Notes: generated by a model not told the origin, from the letters alone. DNA of 19,103 nt from Candidatus Hermodarchaeota archaeon (GCA_016839365.1 JAEOUH010000002.1:1-19103), one strand, 5' to 3'; shown: positions 1 to 9,267, counted from the first letter of the stretch. Translations and numbers: made by a program.

Positions 1-84
1 AGCTGTTGTGTGATGCACCCGGCGTGTTGCGATTAATAGGACAGTAATGAAGAAGATGATTAGAATCAGTAACCAGAGCTCCAC
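1..84 (-). CDS. 5' part of a probable ArsB/NhaD/SLC13-type ion or anion transporter (runs off the window)
   Basis: GTG at 84 opens MELWLLILIIFFITVLLIATRRVHHTTA. A hydrophobic helix followed by 'LIAT-RRVH-TTA' resembles the N-terminus of IT-superfamily permeases. Not in the ORF track. Confidence 0.55.
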   Translation of the reverse strand, partial: MELWLLILIIFFITVLLIATRRVHHTTA

Positions 85-163
85 CTTGAATCACAGACAT
101 CCGATTGTTAAGCTTAGTAAACAAGCTTTCAGCTATTCTACTCTGCTCTCATAGTATTAGAAT

Positions 164-490
164 TCATTTTATTCGTTCGAGTTTCTGTAACATCTGCTGA
201 CGATAGCGTTCTAACGCAGTTTTCCCTTCCTCGGTGAGCTGGATGAGGGTGTGAGGGATTTTTTCCACGAATTCTTTGGTAATCTTAACATAGCCAACGG
301 ATTCAAGTTTGCTGAGGTGGGAGGAGAGGTTGCCACGTGTGAGATCGGTATGGCGTAAGATGAAAAGAAAATCTGCCCGCTCGACTTCTTTGAGGACGGT
401 CAAAATCCTGAGTCGTGCTGGAGAATGGACAAGGGGATCCAACTCGTCATTGCTGAGGGAGAGGGCCGGTGGGGATTCAGAGGAGGGCAT
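164..490 (-). CDS. Winged-helix transcriptional regulator (HTH_34/MarR-ArsR-like)
   Basis: Contains LDPLVHSPARLRIL, LTRGNLSSHLSKLESVGYV and LTEEGK. Start moved to ATG 490 because the upstream Pro/Ser-rich part of ORF 164..631 overlaps the preceding gene in another frame. Confidence 0.9.
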   Translation of the reverse strand: MPSSESPPALSLSNDELDPLVHSPARLRILTVLKEVERADFLFILRHTDLTRGNLSSHLSKLESVGYVKITKEFVEKIPHTLIQLTEEGKTALERYRQQMLQKLERIK

Positions 491-1163
491 GGGGATTCTC
501 ACCTTCGACGGGGGCGAGGGGTTCAACGGGAGAGCGGTGTAGGAATCGGAGAAAGAGGAAGGTTCCGGAACAGAGGGCAAGGAGACCGATGATGGCGGTT
601 TGGATGGCAACGGTGGTGAAAAACGCGGCATAAGGGGTGGGGAAGCTGAGGTGCAACCAGGGAATGATTACTCCGACGAGTGGGGGGAGGAGCGCGAAGA
701 GATAGTAACGGGTAAGATGGTGCTTGCGTGCAATGATCAAGGGTCCGATAGCGACCATTAAGCCAAATCCGGTGGGTGCGAGCCAGATCAACCACAGGAA
801 CAGTCCTGCATACCCGGAGAGAATGAATAGGACTATGGCTGTGAGGAGGAGTAGAAACCCTATGACGGCTAAAACCAAAAGCGCCCCTCGTGTACTCGTT
901 TCTTCATACGATTTGGGTTTGACGTAGCCGGCGCGGGGGTAGACCCATACCTGTTTTGCTCGCTCAATGAGGTTTCCATATATCAGCGGATTGAGCGTGA
1001 TGATGAATAGCCATAATAAGAATGTGATATTGTATGCCAGCAGGGTGAACAAGGCTGCCAGGCCGAGAAGGATGAAGCCCATGAAGAGGTCGGCCAGTCC
1101 ATCGGCATAATAGGCTTGTTGGACTTTCAGGGCGAGGGTGTCTAATTCCGTGGAGGTTGACAT
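477..1163 (-). CDS. Multi-pass membrane protein, co-transcribed with the wHTH regulator
   Basis: 228 aa with about 6 hydrophobic segments. Motifs 'YYADGLADL' and 'VYPRAGYVKP' are typical of membrane proteins encoded upstream of HTH_34 regulators. The stop overlaps the regulator start. Confidence 0.85.
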   Translation of the reverse strand: MSTSTELDTLALKVQQAYYADGLADLFMGFILLGLAALFTLLAYNITFLLWLFIITLNPLIYGNLIERAKQVWVYPRAGYVKPKSYEETSTRGALLVLAVIGFLLLLTAIVLFILSGYAGLFLWLIWLAPTGFGLMVAIGPLIIARKHHLTRYYLFALLPPLVGVIIPWLHLSFPTPYAAFFTTVAIQTAIIGLLALCSGTFLFLRFLHRSPVEPLAPVEGENPHALL

Positions 1164-1179
1164 TGTTGTTCATCTTGAG

Positions 1180-1228
1180 GTTCCAGTATCAAACTGGTTT
1201 GCTCTGCAAACTTGTTTGAAGAATGAAC
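1180..1228. promoter_or_regulatory. Three tandem 15-bp palindromic operator-like boxes (GTTTG-N5-CAAAC), 17-bp period
   Basis: GTTCCAGTATCAAAC 1180-1194, GTTTGCTCTGCAAAC 1197-1211 and GTTTGAAGAATGAAC 1214-1228, directly downstream (minus strand) of a TATA box. Confidence 0.7.
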
Positions 1229-1240
1229 TTATAAAGCTTT
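1229..1240 (-). promoter_or_regulatory. BRE/TATA promoter of the membrane protein-wHTH operon
   Basis: Minus strand reads AAAGC-TTTATAA about 65 nt upstream of ATG 1163. Confidence 0.6.
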
Positions 1241-1320
1241 GGATTCAGGCACCTAGTTTCACTCGTCTCGAGTAAAGCTCCTTACCCGTGAAAAAGGAGG
1301 CATTGGCTCAGTGAATCTTA

Positions 1321-1518
1321 CTAGTCAGCCTTTCTGACTACAATACTAGCCACTAAGCCAACGAGAAGTCCAATGAGCCAAGCAATAAAAAGGAAGAACG
1401 CATTGTTGGTCAAAATCCAGACGGATGAACCTATCACGAGACCAAAACACATTCCATACAGCATGAATTGTACTACTCTACTCAACTTAGCCATTTCAAC
1501 CAGCATTACATACTTCAA
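1321..1518 (-). CDS. Small two-TM hypothetical protein
   Basis: 65 aa with two hydrophobic helices and a basic C-terminus. Start is uncertain. Confidence 0.5.
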   Translation of the reverse strand: MKYVMLVEMAKLSRVVQFMLYGMCFGLVIGSSVWILTNNAFFLFIAWLIGLLVGLVASIVVRKAD

Positions 1519-1572
1519 AATTCAGACCTTTTAGCGTTAGCATAAAAATTCTTCAATGCTGATTAAGAACGA

Positions 1573-1657
1573 TTTAAATATTAACAACAGGCATAGGAAG
1601 CTTTTGGAAATGGTTTCGCCTCCTTTCTTGAAAAGGCAAACCATTTCCTATAGGAGG
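1573..1657 (+). promoter_or_regulatory. TATA box, 5'-leader hairpin and RBS of the peptide ABC operon
   Basis: TTTAAATA at 1573-1580. Inverted repeat GGAAATGGTTTCGCCT (1606-1621) / AGGCAAACCATTTCC (1634-1648). AGGAGG at 1652-1657 before TTG 1668. Confidence 0.65.
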
Positions 1658-1667
1658 AAACTTCAAT

Positions 1668-3389
1668 TTGAAAAGAAGCTACGCGATTGCAATTGCGTTA
1701 GTAGTTATCATTGTCGTAGGTGGTATTGGTGTCTACGTCTTCATGAGACCCCCACCAATTGCCAATCTAGTCGTCATGGGAACTACTGATTCAATAGAGA
1801 CAGTCCTTGATCCTGCTAGAGCGTATGATTACTTCGGTTGGTCGATAATTGGTGCTCTCGGCTCCGGGCTAGTAGATATTGAACCCGGGTCGACGGCTGC
1901 ACCAGACGATATCATACCGTCATTGGCAGCGAGTTGGACATCGAGTGGCGCTGGAACAATATACGACTTTACATTGAAGCAAGGTATAACCTTCGAAGAT
2001 GGAGCTCCATTTAATGCAACAGTTGTCAAGTACACCTTTGATAGATGTTGCAACCTTACAGGTGATGGGCTCTACCATCCTGAAGGATTCCAACTTGGCA
2101 TCGGCTTAGCCGACGTCATTGATAATGTGACAGTAACCGGTGAGTATACCGTCAGGTTCTACTTGCAATTCCCCTGGGCTCCATTCTTACAAACAATGGC
2201 GGCACAAGGTTGCTTCATAGTCCATCCAGGCTATGCACCAAAGGATCAATTGGTGAACTACACGGCGGGCAATCCCCGCGGCAGCCATGCAGTAGGTCTT
2301 GGTCCATACCTTCTGCAAAGCTGGAGTCGTACTGGTGGAACCGATGAAGAGATTGTACTAGTTAGAAATCCCGACTATTGGGATGCTGCCAATGGAATAC
2401 CAAAGACCGACGTTTTCATCATTAAATTCTACGAAACCGACACCGCCCTCGCAACTGCGATGACGGCTGGTGAGATTGACGTAGCCTACCGACAGCTCAG
2501 TGCAACTCAGATTAACGCTTTTCGGGCTAATCCTGGTGTACGGGTTTGGGAGGTGGCAGGTCCATTTATCCAGTATATGTGCTTCCAACAGAGAATTTAT
2601 CCTTTCAACGAAACGCTGATCCGGCAAGGAATAGCGGCCGCGTTGAACCGAACCAACTTAGTTAATACAGTATTTCTTGGCACAGCACAACCACTGTATA
2701 CCATCATCCCCCAGGGAATGGCCTACCATAAGCCAAGCTTTGAGATACATGGAGAAGCAAATTATACTTACACCCAAACTGTGTTTGACCTCTTTGGCTA
2801 TAATACAACTAACAAACTAGTAATCGAACTGTATTACGAGAGTTCTGGTCACTACCCACAAAGCGCAGAACAGGCTCTCTTTTACAAGAGTAATCTTGAG
2901 GCAAGCGGTGTAATGACCGTTAATCTAAATGGTCTCGAATGGGCGAGTTATAGGGCTGCAAGAAGTGCTGGCACAATGCCAGTCTACTGCTACGGATGGT
3001 ACCCAGACTACATTGATCCCGATAACTATGCCTTCTTACCATTTGCTACTTGGCTTAACATGGGATACAATGACACATATCCAGCTGGTGGTGTTCAGCA
3101 ATACAACCTATGGGTATGGGGCCGAAGTAATACAACTGATAGTGGAAGACAGACCTCATATTATGCTCTACAAGATCTTCAAGCTCAAGAATGTTCAGTG
3201 ATTCCATTGTATCAAGGTGGTGCTTATGCGGTGAGTAAAACCACCATCCATGGTATCATCTTGGATATCACAATTAACTTCCGACAGTGGCTCATCTATT
3301 GGGGCGCACCAGCGACCACAGGTCCCTTTTTGGCACTCCAAACCAATGAAATAAGTGTCATCAGATACCAAGGCAAGTTCGACTATTAG
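1668..3389 (+). CDS. dppA: Peptide/nickel ABC transporter substrate-binding protein (family 5)
   Basis: N-terminal TM anchor, LDPA, 'PSLAASW...YDFTLKQGITFEDGAPFNA..VKYTFDR', 'GLGPYLL' and 'GWYPDYIDPD'. About 10 N-X-T sequons, as in archaeal surface glycoproteins. Confidence 0.95.
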   Translation: MKRSYAIAIALVVIIVVGGIGVYVFMRPPPIANLVVMGTTDSIETVLDPARAYDYFGWSIIGALGSGLVDIEPGSTAAPDDIIPSLAASWTSSGAGTIYDFTLKQGITFEDGAPFNATVVKYTFDRCCNLTGDGLYHPEGFQLGIGLADVIDNVTVTGEYTVRFYLQFPWAPFLQTMAAQGCFIVHPGYAPKDQLVNYTAGNPRGSHAVGLGPYLLQSWSRTGGTDEEIVLVRNPDYWDAANGIPKTDVFIIKFYETDTALATAMTAGEIDVAYRQLSATQINAFRANPGVRVWEVAGPFIQYMCFQQRIYPFNETLIRQGIAAALNRTNLVNTVFLGTAQPLYTIIPQGMAYHKPSFEIHGEANYTYTQTVFDLFGYNTTNKLVIELYYESSGHYPQSAEQALFYKSNLEASGVMTVNLNGLEWASYRAARSAGTMPVYCYGWYPDYIDPDNYAFLPFATWLNMGYNDTYPAGGVQQYNLWVWGRSNTTDSGRQTSYYALQDLQAQECSVIPLYQGGAYAVSKTTIHGIILDITINFRQWLIYWGAPATTGPFLALQTNEISVIRYQGKFDY

Positions 3390-3470
3390 GTAACAACCAT
3401 AAACCTAAACTAAGACTTGTTTGGAACTGATGACACCCACATTTTCTTTGGTAAACAGGTGGGAAATCAA

Positions 3471-4481
3471 ATGTCACTAAAATCATACGTTGTCACCCGC
3501 ATCCTACTGGCTATCCCGATGGTTTTATTACTCCTGACATTCGTGTTCTTCGTCATCCGAGTTATGCCTGGTGACCCAGCACTATTGCATTTTGAGCGGC
3601 GAGTGGATCCTGCTGCCCTTGCTGAATTTCGGAGGCGTTTAGGATTGGATCAGCCCATTCCCATTCAGTATATCACTTATCTTGGGGGGCTTTTTGTCGG
3701 CAATTTCGGACTATCGATGCAGGACTTTTCACCTATTGTAGATCACCTTATCGCAAGGTTTCCTGCAACACTCGAATTGGCCATCTATTCCATGCTATTT
3801 GCGGTCATACTCGGAATCATCCTTGGAGTTTTTTCCTCGAAGAGATATGATTCTACTACCGATCATTCAATCAGACTTTTCGGTATTATAACCTACGCTA
3901 TTCCAGTATTTTTCTTGGGTATGATCTTGCAGCTTATCTTTGCAGTATGGCTGAGAGTATTACCTTCGGGGACTAGATTTGATCCACACTACGTCCCACC
4001 ACCACGTATAACGGGTCTCTATACAATTGATAGCCTTTTAACTGGCAATTTATGGGCGTTCATGGTCTCTGTGCGATATCTTATACTTCCTACTGTCACT
4101 TTGGGTCTCGTGCTTTGTGGGATTTTTATTCGTTTGACCCGAACCAACATGATTGAGACACTTCGAAAAGACTTCGTCGTCGCAGCAGAAGCCAGAGGTC
4201 TTTCAGACTCAAGAATCACTTATCAGTATGCACTCAGGAATGCATTTCTCCCAATCTTGACAATGATTGGCCTCCAATTCGCTGTTCTTCTTGCTGGAGC
4301 TGTTCTTACTGAGACCACCTTCAGTTGGCCAGGTCTAGGAACTTATATTGTTGATCGAATTGCGCATCGAGACTACACAGCTATTCAAGGCACTGTCGTG
4401 TTTTATGCAATCTTGGTAGCTGTTGTTACTTTGATAGTCGACCTTCTATACGCGGCTTTTGATCCCCGAATAAGATTCTAA
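3471..4481 (+). CDS. dppB: Peptide ABC transporter permease
   Basis: 'MPGDPA', 'LGLDQPIPIQY', 'RFPATLELA', EAA-type loop 'DFVVAAEARGLS' and C-terminal 'DPRIRF'. Start set at ATG 3471 after AGGTGG. Confidence 0.95.
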   Translation: MSLKSYVVTRILLAIPMVLLLLTFVFFVIRVMPGDPALLHFERRVDPAALAEFRRRLGLDQPIPIQYITYLGGLFVGNFGLSMQDFSPIVDHLIARFPATLELAIYSMLFAVILGIILGVFSSKRYDSTTDHSIRLFGIITYAIPVFFLGMILQLIFAVWLRVLPSGTRFDPHYVPPPRITGLYTIDSLLTGNLWAFMVSVRYLILPTVTLGLVLCGIFIRLTRTNMIETLRKDFVVAAEARGLSDSRITYQYALRNAFLPILTMIGLQFAVLLAGAVLTETTFSWPGLGTYIVDRIAHRDYTAIQGTVVFYAILVAVVTLIVDLLYAAFDPRIRF

Positions 4482-4490
4482 GAGTGGATA

Positions 4491-5759
4491 ATGATGGGGA
4501 AAAGCATAACGATTAGCGGTGTATTCATCTACCTGAGACTTGTTCAAGAATCCTTCCGGGATCGGTCAAAACTTTGGTGGATTGTATTAGGAGTAATATT
4601 GGGGGGCACAATAGCTTTAGTTGCCAGTCTGATAATATTAGCTGCAAGGTCCAATAGTGGTTTGGGAATTCCGGTTGTCGTAGGGACTATACTATTCGGA
4701 GTGTCTATGCTAGTTGTGGGTTTATTCCGGACTCTTTTGATTCGCAAGGGAACCTTCTCACCAAGAATGGGAACGCTGTTTCTAGTTGGTGTTACTTGTA
4801 TACTTGGAGTCATCACTATTCCTGTGAGCATTTTCATTCTTCCCGCCGGTTGGTTTGATCTTTGGACAGTATTTGTAATGGGTGGCGTTGCAATAGGCAT
4901 TATCCTACTCTTTCTCTACTCCAGATATTCGTGGTTGAAAGAAAGGGGTTCTCCTGGCTTTCTGACCATCACGGGTTTCTTGATGGTACTTTCTATCATC
5001 TATATGACCGTTATCTCTTACTGGATTGTGCCTTATGATCCCGCCGCCATCAATGTTGGACCAATCTTGTGGCCTCCCCACCCTGGCTTCCCCTTAGGAA
5101 CCACGTCGTTAGGACAGGACTTACTCAGTAGAACCATTGCCGGTGGTGGAATCATGTTACAGGTGGCATTTCTTTCGGTATTGATTTGTTTCTTTGTTGG
5201 GGTTCCATTGGGGCTTCTCTCCTCATTTAGGGGTGGAGCCCTTGACCGAGTTCTATCACTTATCATGGATGCTATCTTTGCTTTCCCCGGTCTGATTCTA
5301 GCAATCGCCATTGCTGCAATGCTTGGCCCAGGCGTTATTAACATGGCTTTGGCAATTGCGGTCGTATACATCCCTTCCTACTTCAGGGTACTCCGGAGCC
5401 AAGTTCTTACAATCAAAGAACTCCCTTATGTCGAGGCCGCGAAAGCCTTGGGTGCTAGAGATCGAGACACCATGCTTCGATATGTCCTTCCTAACTCTTT
5501 ACCCTCAATCATTGTCGTGATGTCGATTAATTTCGCAGATGCTGTTCTCACTGCTGCGGGATTAACATTTGTTGGATTGGGCCTTCCGATCGATGTTGCC
5601 GATTGGGGATGGGATTTGACATTTGGCTGGCATCAACTAATAACTGGCGCGTGGTGGGTGATTACTTTCCCTGGAATTATGATTGTCCTTCTTGCCTTAG
5701 GATTTACTTTGGTTGGTGAAGGACTTAATGAAATACTTACACCGATGCTTAAGGAATAG
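4491..5759 (+). CDS. dppC: Peptide ABC transporter permease with N-terminal membrane extension
   Basis: 'PLGTTSLGQDLLSR', 'YVEAAKALGA' and 'WWVITFPG', plus about 150 extra hydrophobic residues at the N-terminus. Confidence 0.93.
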   Translation: MMGKSITISGVFIYLRLVQESFRDRSKLWWIVLGVILGGTIALVASLIILAARSNSGLGIPVVVGTILFGVSMLVVGLFRTLLIRKGTFSPRMGTLFLVGVTCILGVITIPVSIFILPAGWFDLWTVFVMGGVAIGIILLFLYSRYSWLKERGSPGFLTITGFLMVLSIIYMTVISYWIVPYDPAAINVGPILWPPHPGFPLGTTSLGQDLLSRTIAGGGIMLQVAFLSVLICFFVGVPLGLLSSFRGGALDRVLSLIMDAIFAFPGLILAIAIAAMLGPGVINMALAIAVVYIPSYFRVLRSQVLTIKELPYVEAAKALGARDRDTMLRYVLPNSLPSIIVVMSINFADAVLTAAGLTFVGLGLPIDVADWGWDLTFGWHQLITGAWWVITFPGIMIVLLALGFTLVGEGLNEILTPMLKE

Positions 5760-5765
5760 ACAGAA

Positions 5766-6776
5766 ATGCCAACCCTTCTTGAAATCCACAACTTGTCCAT
5801 TGAATATAAAACGCGGTTGGGCACCGCCCGGGCAGTGGATAATGTTTCCATAACTCTGGACGAGAATAAAACCCTTGGTCTTGCAGGGGAATCCGGTTGT
5901 GGAAAATCAACTTTGGGGCGATCGATTATCCGACTTGTTCCTTATCCTGGTCGCATACTTGAAGGTGAAATTCTTCTCAACCTTGATGAGGATGTACCGT
6001 ATGAGAATGGTGTCGTCGAGAAGGGCCAAATAAATCTCCTGCAGCTTGATGGTGACCAGATGCGGGCACTTCGAGGCAAAAAACTCGCTTATATCTTTCA
6101 AGACCCTATGACCTCCCTGAACCCAATGGAAAGAATTGGAAAACACTTTGTTGAGATCATAAAAGCACACGAACCAGACACTCCCAAGGAAGATGCACAA
6201 GTCAGAACAAAAGATCTCCTGGAGGCATTAGATATTCTTCCTGAACGTGTCTTAGACTACCCCCACCAGTTCAGTGGAGGGATGCGCCAACGCGTGATGA
6301 TCGGTTTAGGACTTACTTTGACACCCCAGCTGTTGATTGCCGATGAGCCGACTACTTCCCTCGATGTAATCGTGGAGGCGCAGATTCTAAATCTAATCTC
6401 AGATCTCAAAGACAAGTTCAATCTTACTATGATGTTAATTACGCATAATTTGGGAGTATTGGCTGAAACAGCCGATAGTATCGCAATCATGTACACTGGT
6501 AGAATCATGGAAGTAGCTCCGACTGAGGCATTGTTCGAGTCTCCCCAGCACCCTTATACACAGGCCTTACTTCAATCAGTTCCCGATGTCAGAAAACCGG
6601 ATAGAAAACTTTCTTGGATTCCTGGGTCACCCCCCAGCCTCACCGAACCTATCCCGGGATGCATGTTTAGACCGCGATGTCCACATGCTATGGAAATTTG
6701 TGCAACGGAGCCACCCCCGCTGATGAAGAGTACATCAGGTGGGATCGTTGCATGCTATCTCTATGAGGGATCGTAA
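5766..6776 (+). CDS. dppD: Peptide ABC transporter ATP-binding protein
   Basis: Walker A GESGCGKS, signature FSGGMRQR, LLIADEPTT, HPYT and a C-terminal Cys cluster. Confidence 0.96.
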   Translation: MPTLLEIHNLSIEYKTRLGTARAVDNVSITLDENKTLGLAGESGCGKSTLGRSIIRLVPYPGRILEGEILLNLDEDVPYENGVVEKGQINLLQLDGDQMRALRGKKLAYIFQDPMTSLNPMERIGKHFVEIIKAHEPDTPKEDAQVRTKDLLEALDILPERVLDYPHQFSGGMRQRVMIGLGLTLTPQLLIADEPTTSLDVIVEAQILNLISDLKDKFNLTMMLITHNLGVLAETADSIAIMYTGRIMEVAPTEALFESPQHPYTQALLQSVPDVRKPDRKLSWIPGSPPSLTEPIPGCMFRPRCPHAMEICATEPPPLMKSTSGGIVACYLYEGS

Positions 6777-6778
6777 CT

Positions 6779-7759
6779 ATGCCATTAATCGAAGTAAAAA
6801 ATGTCATGAAGCATTTTCCGGTTCAGAAAGGCTTCCTTGATACCCTTTTTACCAGGCAAAAAGAATTCGTCAAAGCAGTAGATGGCGTTTCCTTTGAAAT
6901 AGAAGAAGGAGAAGTGTTTGGCCTTGCAGGAGAGAGTGGCTCAGGTAAAACGACTATGGGACGACTGATCGTACGATTGATAGACCCCACAGCCGGTCAA
7001 ATTCTCTTTGCAGGCCAAGACATAGCCACGATCCGCGGAAAGCAATTACGATTATTAAAGCGGAGACTTCAGTTCACGTTTCAAGATCCTTATTCTTCAC
7101 TCAATCCGCGATTGACCATCGGGAACGCTATTGCTGATGCGCTACGGCTCCAAGGGATTGGTAACAAGAGTGAACAGAAGCAGCGAACAATGAAAATTCT
7201 AGAACGAGTTGGCCTTTCCCCCGCTAGCTCTTTTTATGATAGGCTGCCTCATCAACTTAGTGGCGGGCAAAGGCAGAGAGTTGTGTTTGGAAGAGCCATC
7301 ATTCTCGAACCTAAATTTGTTGTCACTGATGAACCGGTTGCGATGGTAGATGTGTCAGTGCGAGCGCAGATTTTGGAGCTCATGAAAGATTTACAGGATG
7401 AATATAGCCTGACTTATCTTTTCATCTCTCATGATCTTGCCACGGCTCGGCATATCTGTGACCGGATTGGTATTATGTACCTAGGAAAGATAGTAGAGAT
7501 TGCTGATAAAGACCGAATCTATACGGATTCCCTTCATCCGTATACTGTTAGTCTAATGGCTGCAATACCTGTGCCAGATCCCAAGGCGAAGAAGGGAGAG
7601 GCGCTTCCTAAGGGAGAGATTCCCAGTCCCATTAATCCTCCCTCTGGATGCAACTTTCATCCTCGCTGTCCTAGAACCTTCGAACGATGCGCGGAGGAAG
7701 AACCCGCGCTCCGTGAAGTTAAGAAGGAGCATTGGGTTGCCTGTCATCTATATGATTAA
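6779..7759 (+). CDS. dppF: Peptide ABC transporter ATP-binding protein
   Basis: [24 protein letters not shown] and '[11 protein letters not shown]...VACH'. Confidence 0.96.
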   Translation: MPLIEVKNVMKHFPVQKGFLDTLFTRQKEFVKAVDGVSFEIEEGEVFGLAGESGSGKTTMGRLIVRLIDPTAGQILFAGQDIATIRGKQLRLLKRRLQFTFQDPYSSLNPRLTIGNAIADALRLQGIGNKSEQKQRTMKILERVGLSPASSFYDRLPHQLSGGQRQRVVFGRAIILEPKFVVTDEPVAMVDVSVRAQILELMKDLQDEYSLTYLFISHDLATARHICDRIGIMYLGKIVEIADKDRIYTDSLHPYTVSLMAAIPVPDPKAKKGEALPKGEIPSPINPPSGCNFHPRCPRTFERCAEEEPALREVKKEHWVACHLYD

Positions 7760-7786
7760 TCTCTCTATCATCTCAAATCGAGCAGA

Positions 7787-7804
7787 TTGGTCGTCCACCA
7801 CAAC
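7787..7804 (+). repeat. Intergenic repeat copy R1 (short, first copy of the array)
   Basis: TTGGTCGTCCACCACAAC, starting 28 nt after the dppF stop. Confidence 0.7.
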
Positions 7805-7928
7805 TTCGCAGATGACACTATGGTAGTGTTCATTTCACAGGGGTTTTTCCACTTGCTGAAAAGTAATTGACCCACAACCATGAGTTTTTAAAGACTCACC
7901 AAACGAGTGTCTGAAGGAGATTTACAGA

Positions 7929-8507
7929 TTGAACGAAATACCACCTCATGACGCCATGTTCCTTCTTGATCAACAAAAATGTGTGGTAAATGATTTTGAT
8001 GCCTCAGGATGGATTCTTGATATCGGTGGAGGTGGTGAGGGTGTTATTGGACGCCTCAAAGGTTCCAACGTCATAGCCATCGACATTAGGCGCGATGAAC
8101 TGGTTGAAGCTCCAGCCGGACCCTTAAAACTAATAATGGATGCGACCGACCTCCAATTCCTTGACCACACCTTCGACACAGTCACCGCCTTCTTCTCCCT
8201 CATGTATTTCAACCACGATACCCGCCCTCAAGTTTTCCACGAGGTACACCGCGTCCTCACATCCGGGGGCAAATTCCACCTATGGGACGTTACGATTCCG
8301 CCCCCAACGGATCCCTCAAAACGCGTGTTCGCCGTCCCCCTTACCATCCACCTCCCCCATGAAACAATCCAAACCGGTTATGGCGTCACCTGGCAACACC
8401 GCGAGCAAACCCTCGACGACTACCTCCAACTCGCTCAAGAAACTGGACTTAAGGTGGTCTCCCAAGAAACCACCGAACACCTCTTCTACATAGAATTCAA
8501 AAAATAA
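7929..8507 (+). CDS. Class I SAM-dependent methyltransferase
   Basis: 'ILDIGGGGEG', 'VIAIDI', 'MDATDLQF.D.TFDTVT' and 'EVHRVLTSGG'. GAAGGAG RBS and TTTTTAAA (7885-7892) upstream. Confidence 0.9.
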   Translation: MNEIPPHDAMFLLDQQKCVVNDFDASGWILDIGGGGEGVIGRLKGSNVIAIDIRRDELVEAPAGPLKLIMDATDLQFLDHTFDTVTAFFSLMYFNHDTRPQVFHEVHRVLTSGGKFHLWDVTIPPPTDPSKRVFAVPLTIHLPHETIQTGYGVTWQHREQTLDDYLQLAQETGLKVVSQETTEHLFYIEFKK

Positions 8508-8524
8508 CAACCATATAATGAAAA

Positions 8525-8618
8525 AAAGTGGTTGCCCACAGCAACGAATCGTCTACAACATCCGTGTTCGCAGCATTACACGACACACCGCATCAGGAAA
8601 CATTGAGCTGTAACGATT
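8525..8618 (+). repeat. Intergenic repeat copy R2 (with inverted right arm)
   Basis: AAAGTGGTTGCCCACAGCAACGAATCGTCTACAACATCCGTGTTCGCAGCAT matches the consensus 44/52 by manual count. GCTGTAACGATT (8607-8618) is a near complement of AATCGTCTACAAC. Confidence 0.9.
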
Positions 8619-8664
8619 AAAAGGAGCCGTTCTCCCTCTATAACTGAATTGGTGTCTTCGGGAG

Positions 8665-9186
8665 GTGAAGAACTTGCAAGATGTTTTCACACAGATATCT
8701 GTGTTCTTAGCTGCGTCGGGCGTAATTATTGCCGTGGTCTACTATTTCTTTTATCTACGAAATCTCGGGAAGACCAGACGATCTGAGACCTTCATGAACC
8801 TATTTACAAACATTAACACTGAAGCATTTCATAAAGCCGATCTGTTGGTCCAGTATGTCGAGTATTCCGATTACGCCGACTTTAAGAAACGCTACGGACC
8901 CTTTTCGGCGCAAAAGCCAATTCATGTGGCTATTCGTACAATTTCTTATTACTTTGAGGCCTTGGGCATGTTGATGTATCGGAAACTCGTCGATGAACAA
9001 ATGGTCTGGGACACGTTTCAAATCAAACACCGGTGGGAAAAAGTCGCTCCAATTGTTAAAGAGCTCCGAAAAGAACTCAATGAACCTCGCTATATCGAAT
9101 GGTTTGAATATCTCTACAACTGGCAACTGAAACAGGAAACGAAACGAAAAGTTAGACAACAACCAATTTACATTTTAGAATCGTAG
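8665..9186 (+). CDS. Membrane-anchored hypothetical protein, DUF4760-like
   Basis: N-terminal TM helix. The pattern 'YYFEALGMLMYRKLVD..MV...WEKVAPIVKELR....YIEWFEYLY' resembles DUF4760 proteins. GGAG/GTG start. Confidence 0.7.
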   Translation: MKNLQDVFTQISVFLAASGVIIAVVYYFFYLRNLGKTRRSETFMNLFTNINTEAFHKADLLVQYVEYSDYADFKKRYGPFSAQKPIHVAIRTISYYFEALGMLMYRKLVDEQMVWDTFQIKHRWEKVAPIVKELRKELNEPRYIEWFEYLYNWQLKQETKRKVRQQPIYILES

Positions 9187-9239
9187 ACACGGCGTTCAAA
9201 ACCGATTATTGCTATCTTAACCTATCACCATCTTGTTCA

Positions 9240-9267
9240 GTGGAAAATCGTCCAAACCTATGATCTA
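9240..9267 (+). repeat. Possible highly degenerate repeat copy R3
   Basis: GTGGAAAATCGTCCAAACCTATGATCTA retains TCGTCCA...GATC at the expected intergenic position. Confidence 0.3.

Noticed and set aside
1-45. Loose reverse-strand resemblance to the array repeat (CAACACGCCGGGTGCATCACACAACAGCT)
   Set aside because: It lies inside a plausible transporter reading frame and needs several gaps, so chance is more likely.
491-631. Pro/Ser-rich N-terminal extension of the wHTH protein
   Set aside because: It is an alternative-frame read of the C-rich upstream membrane gene.
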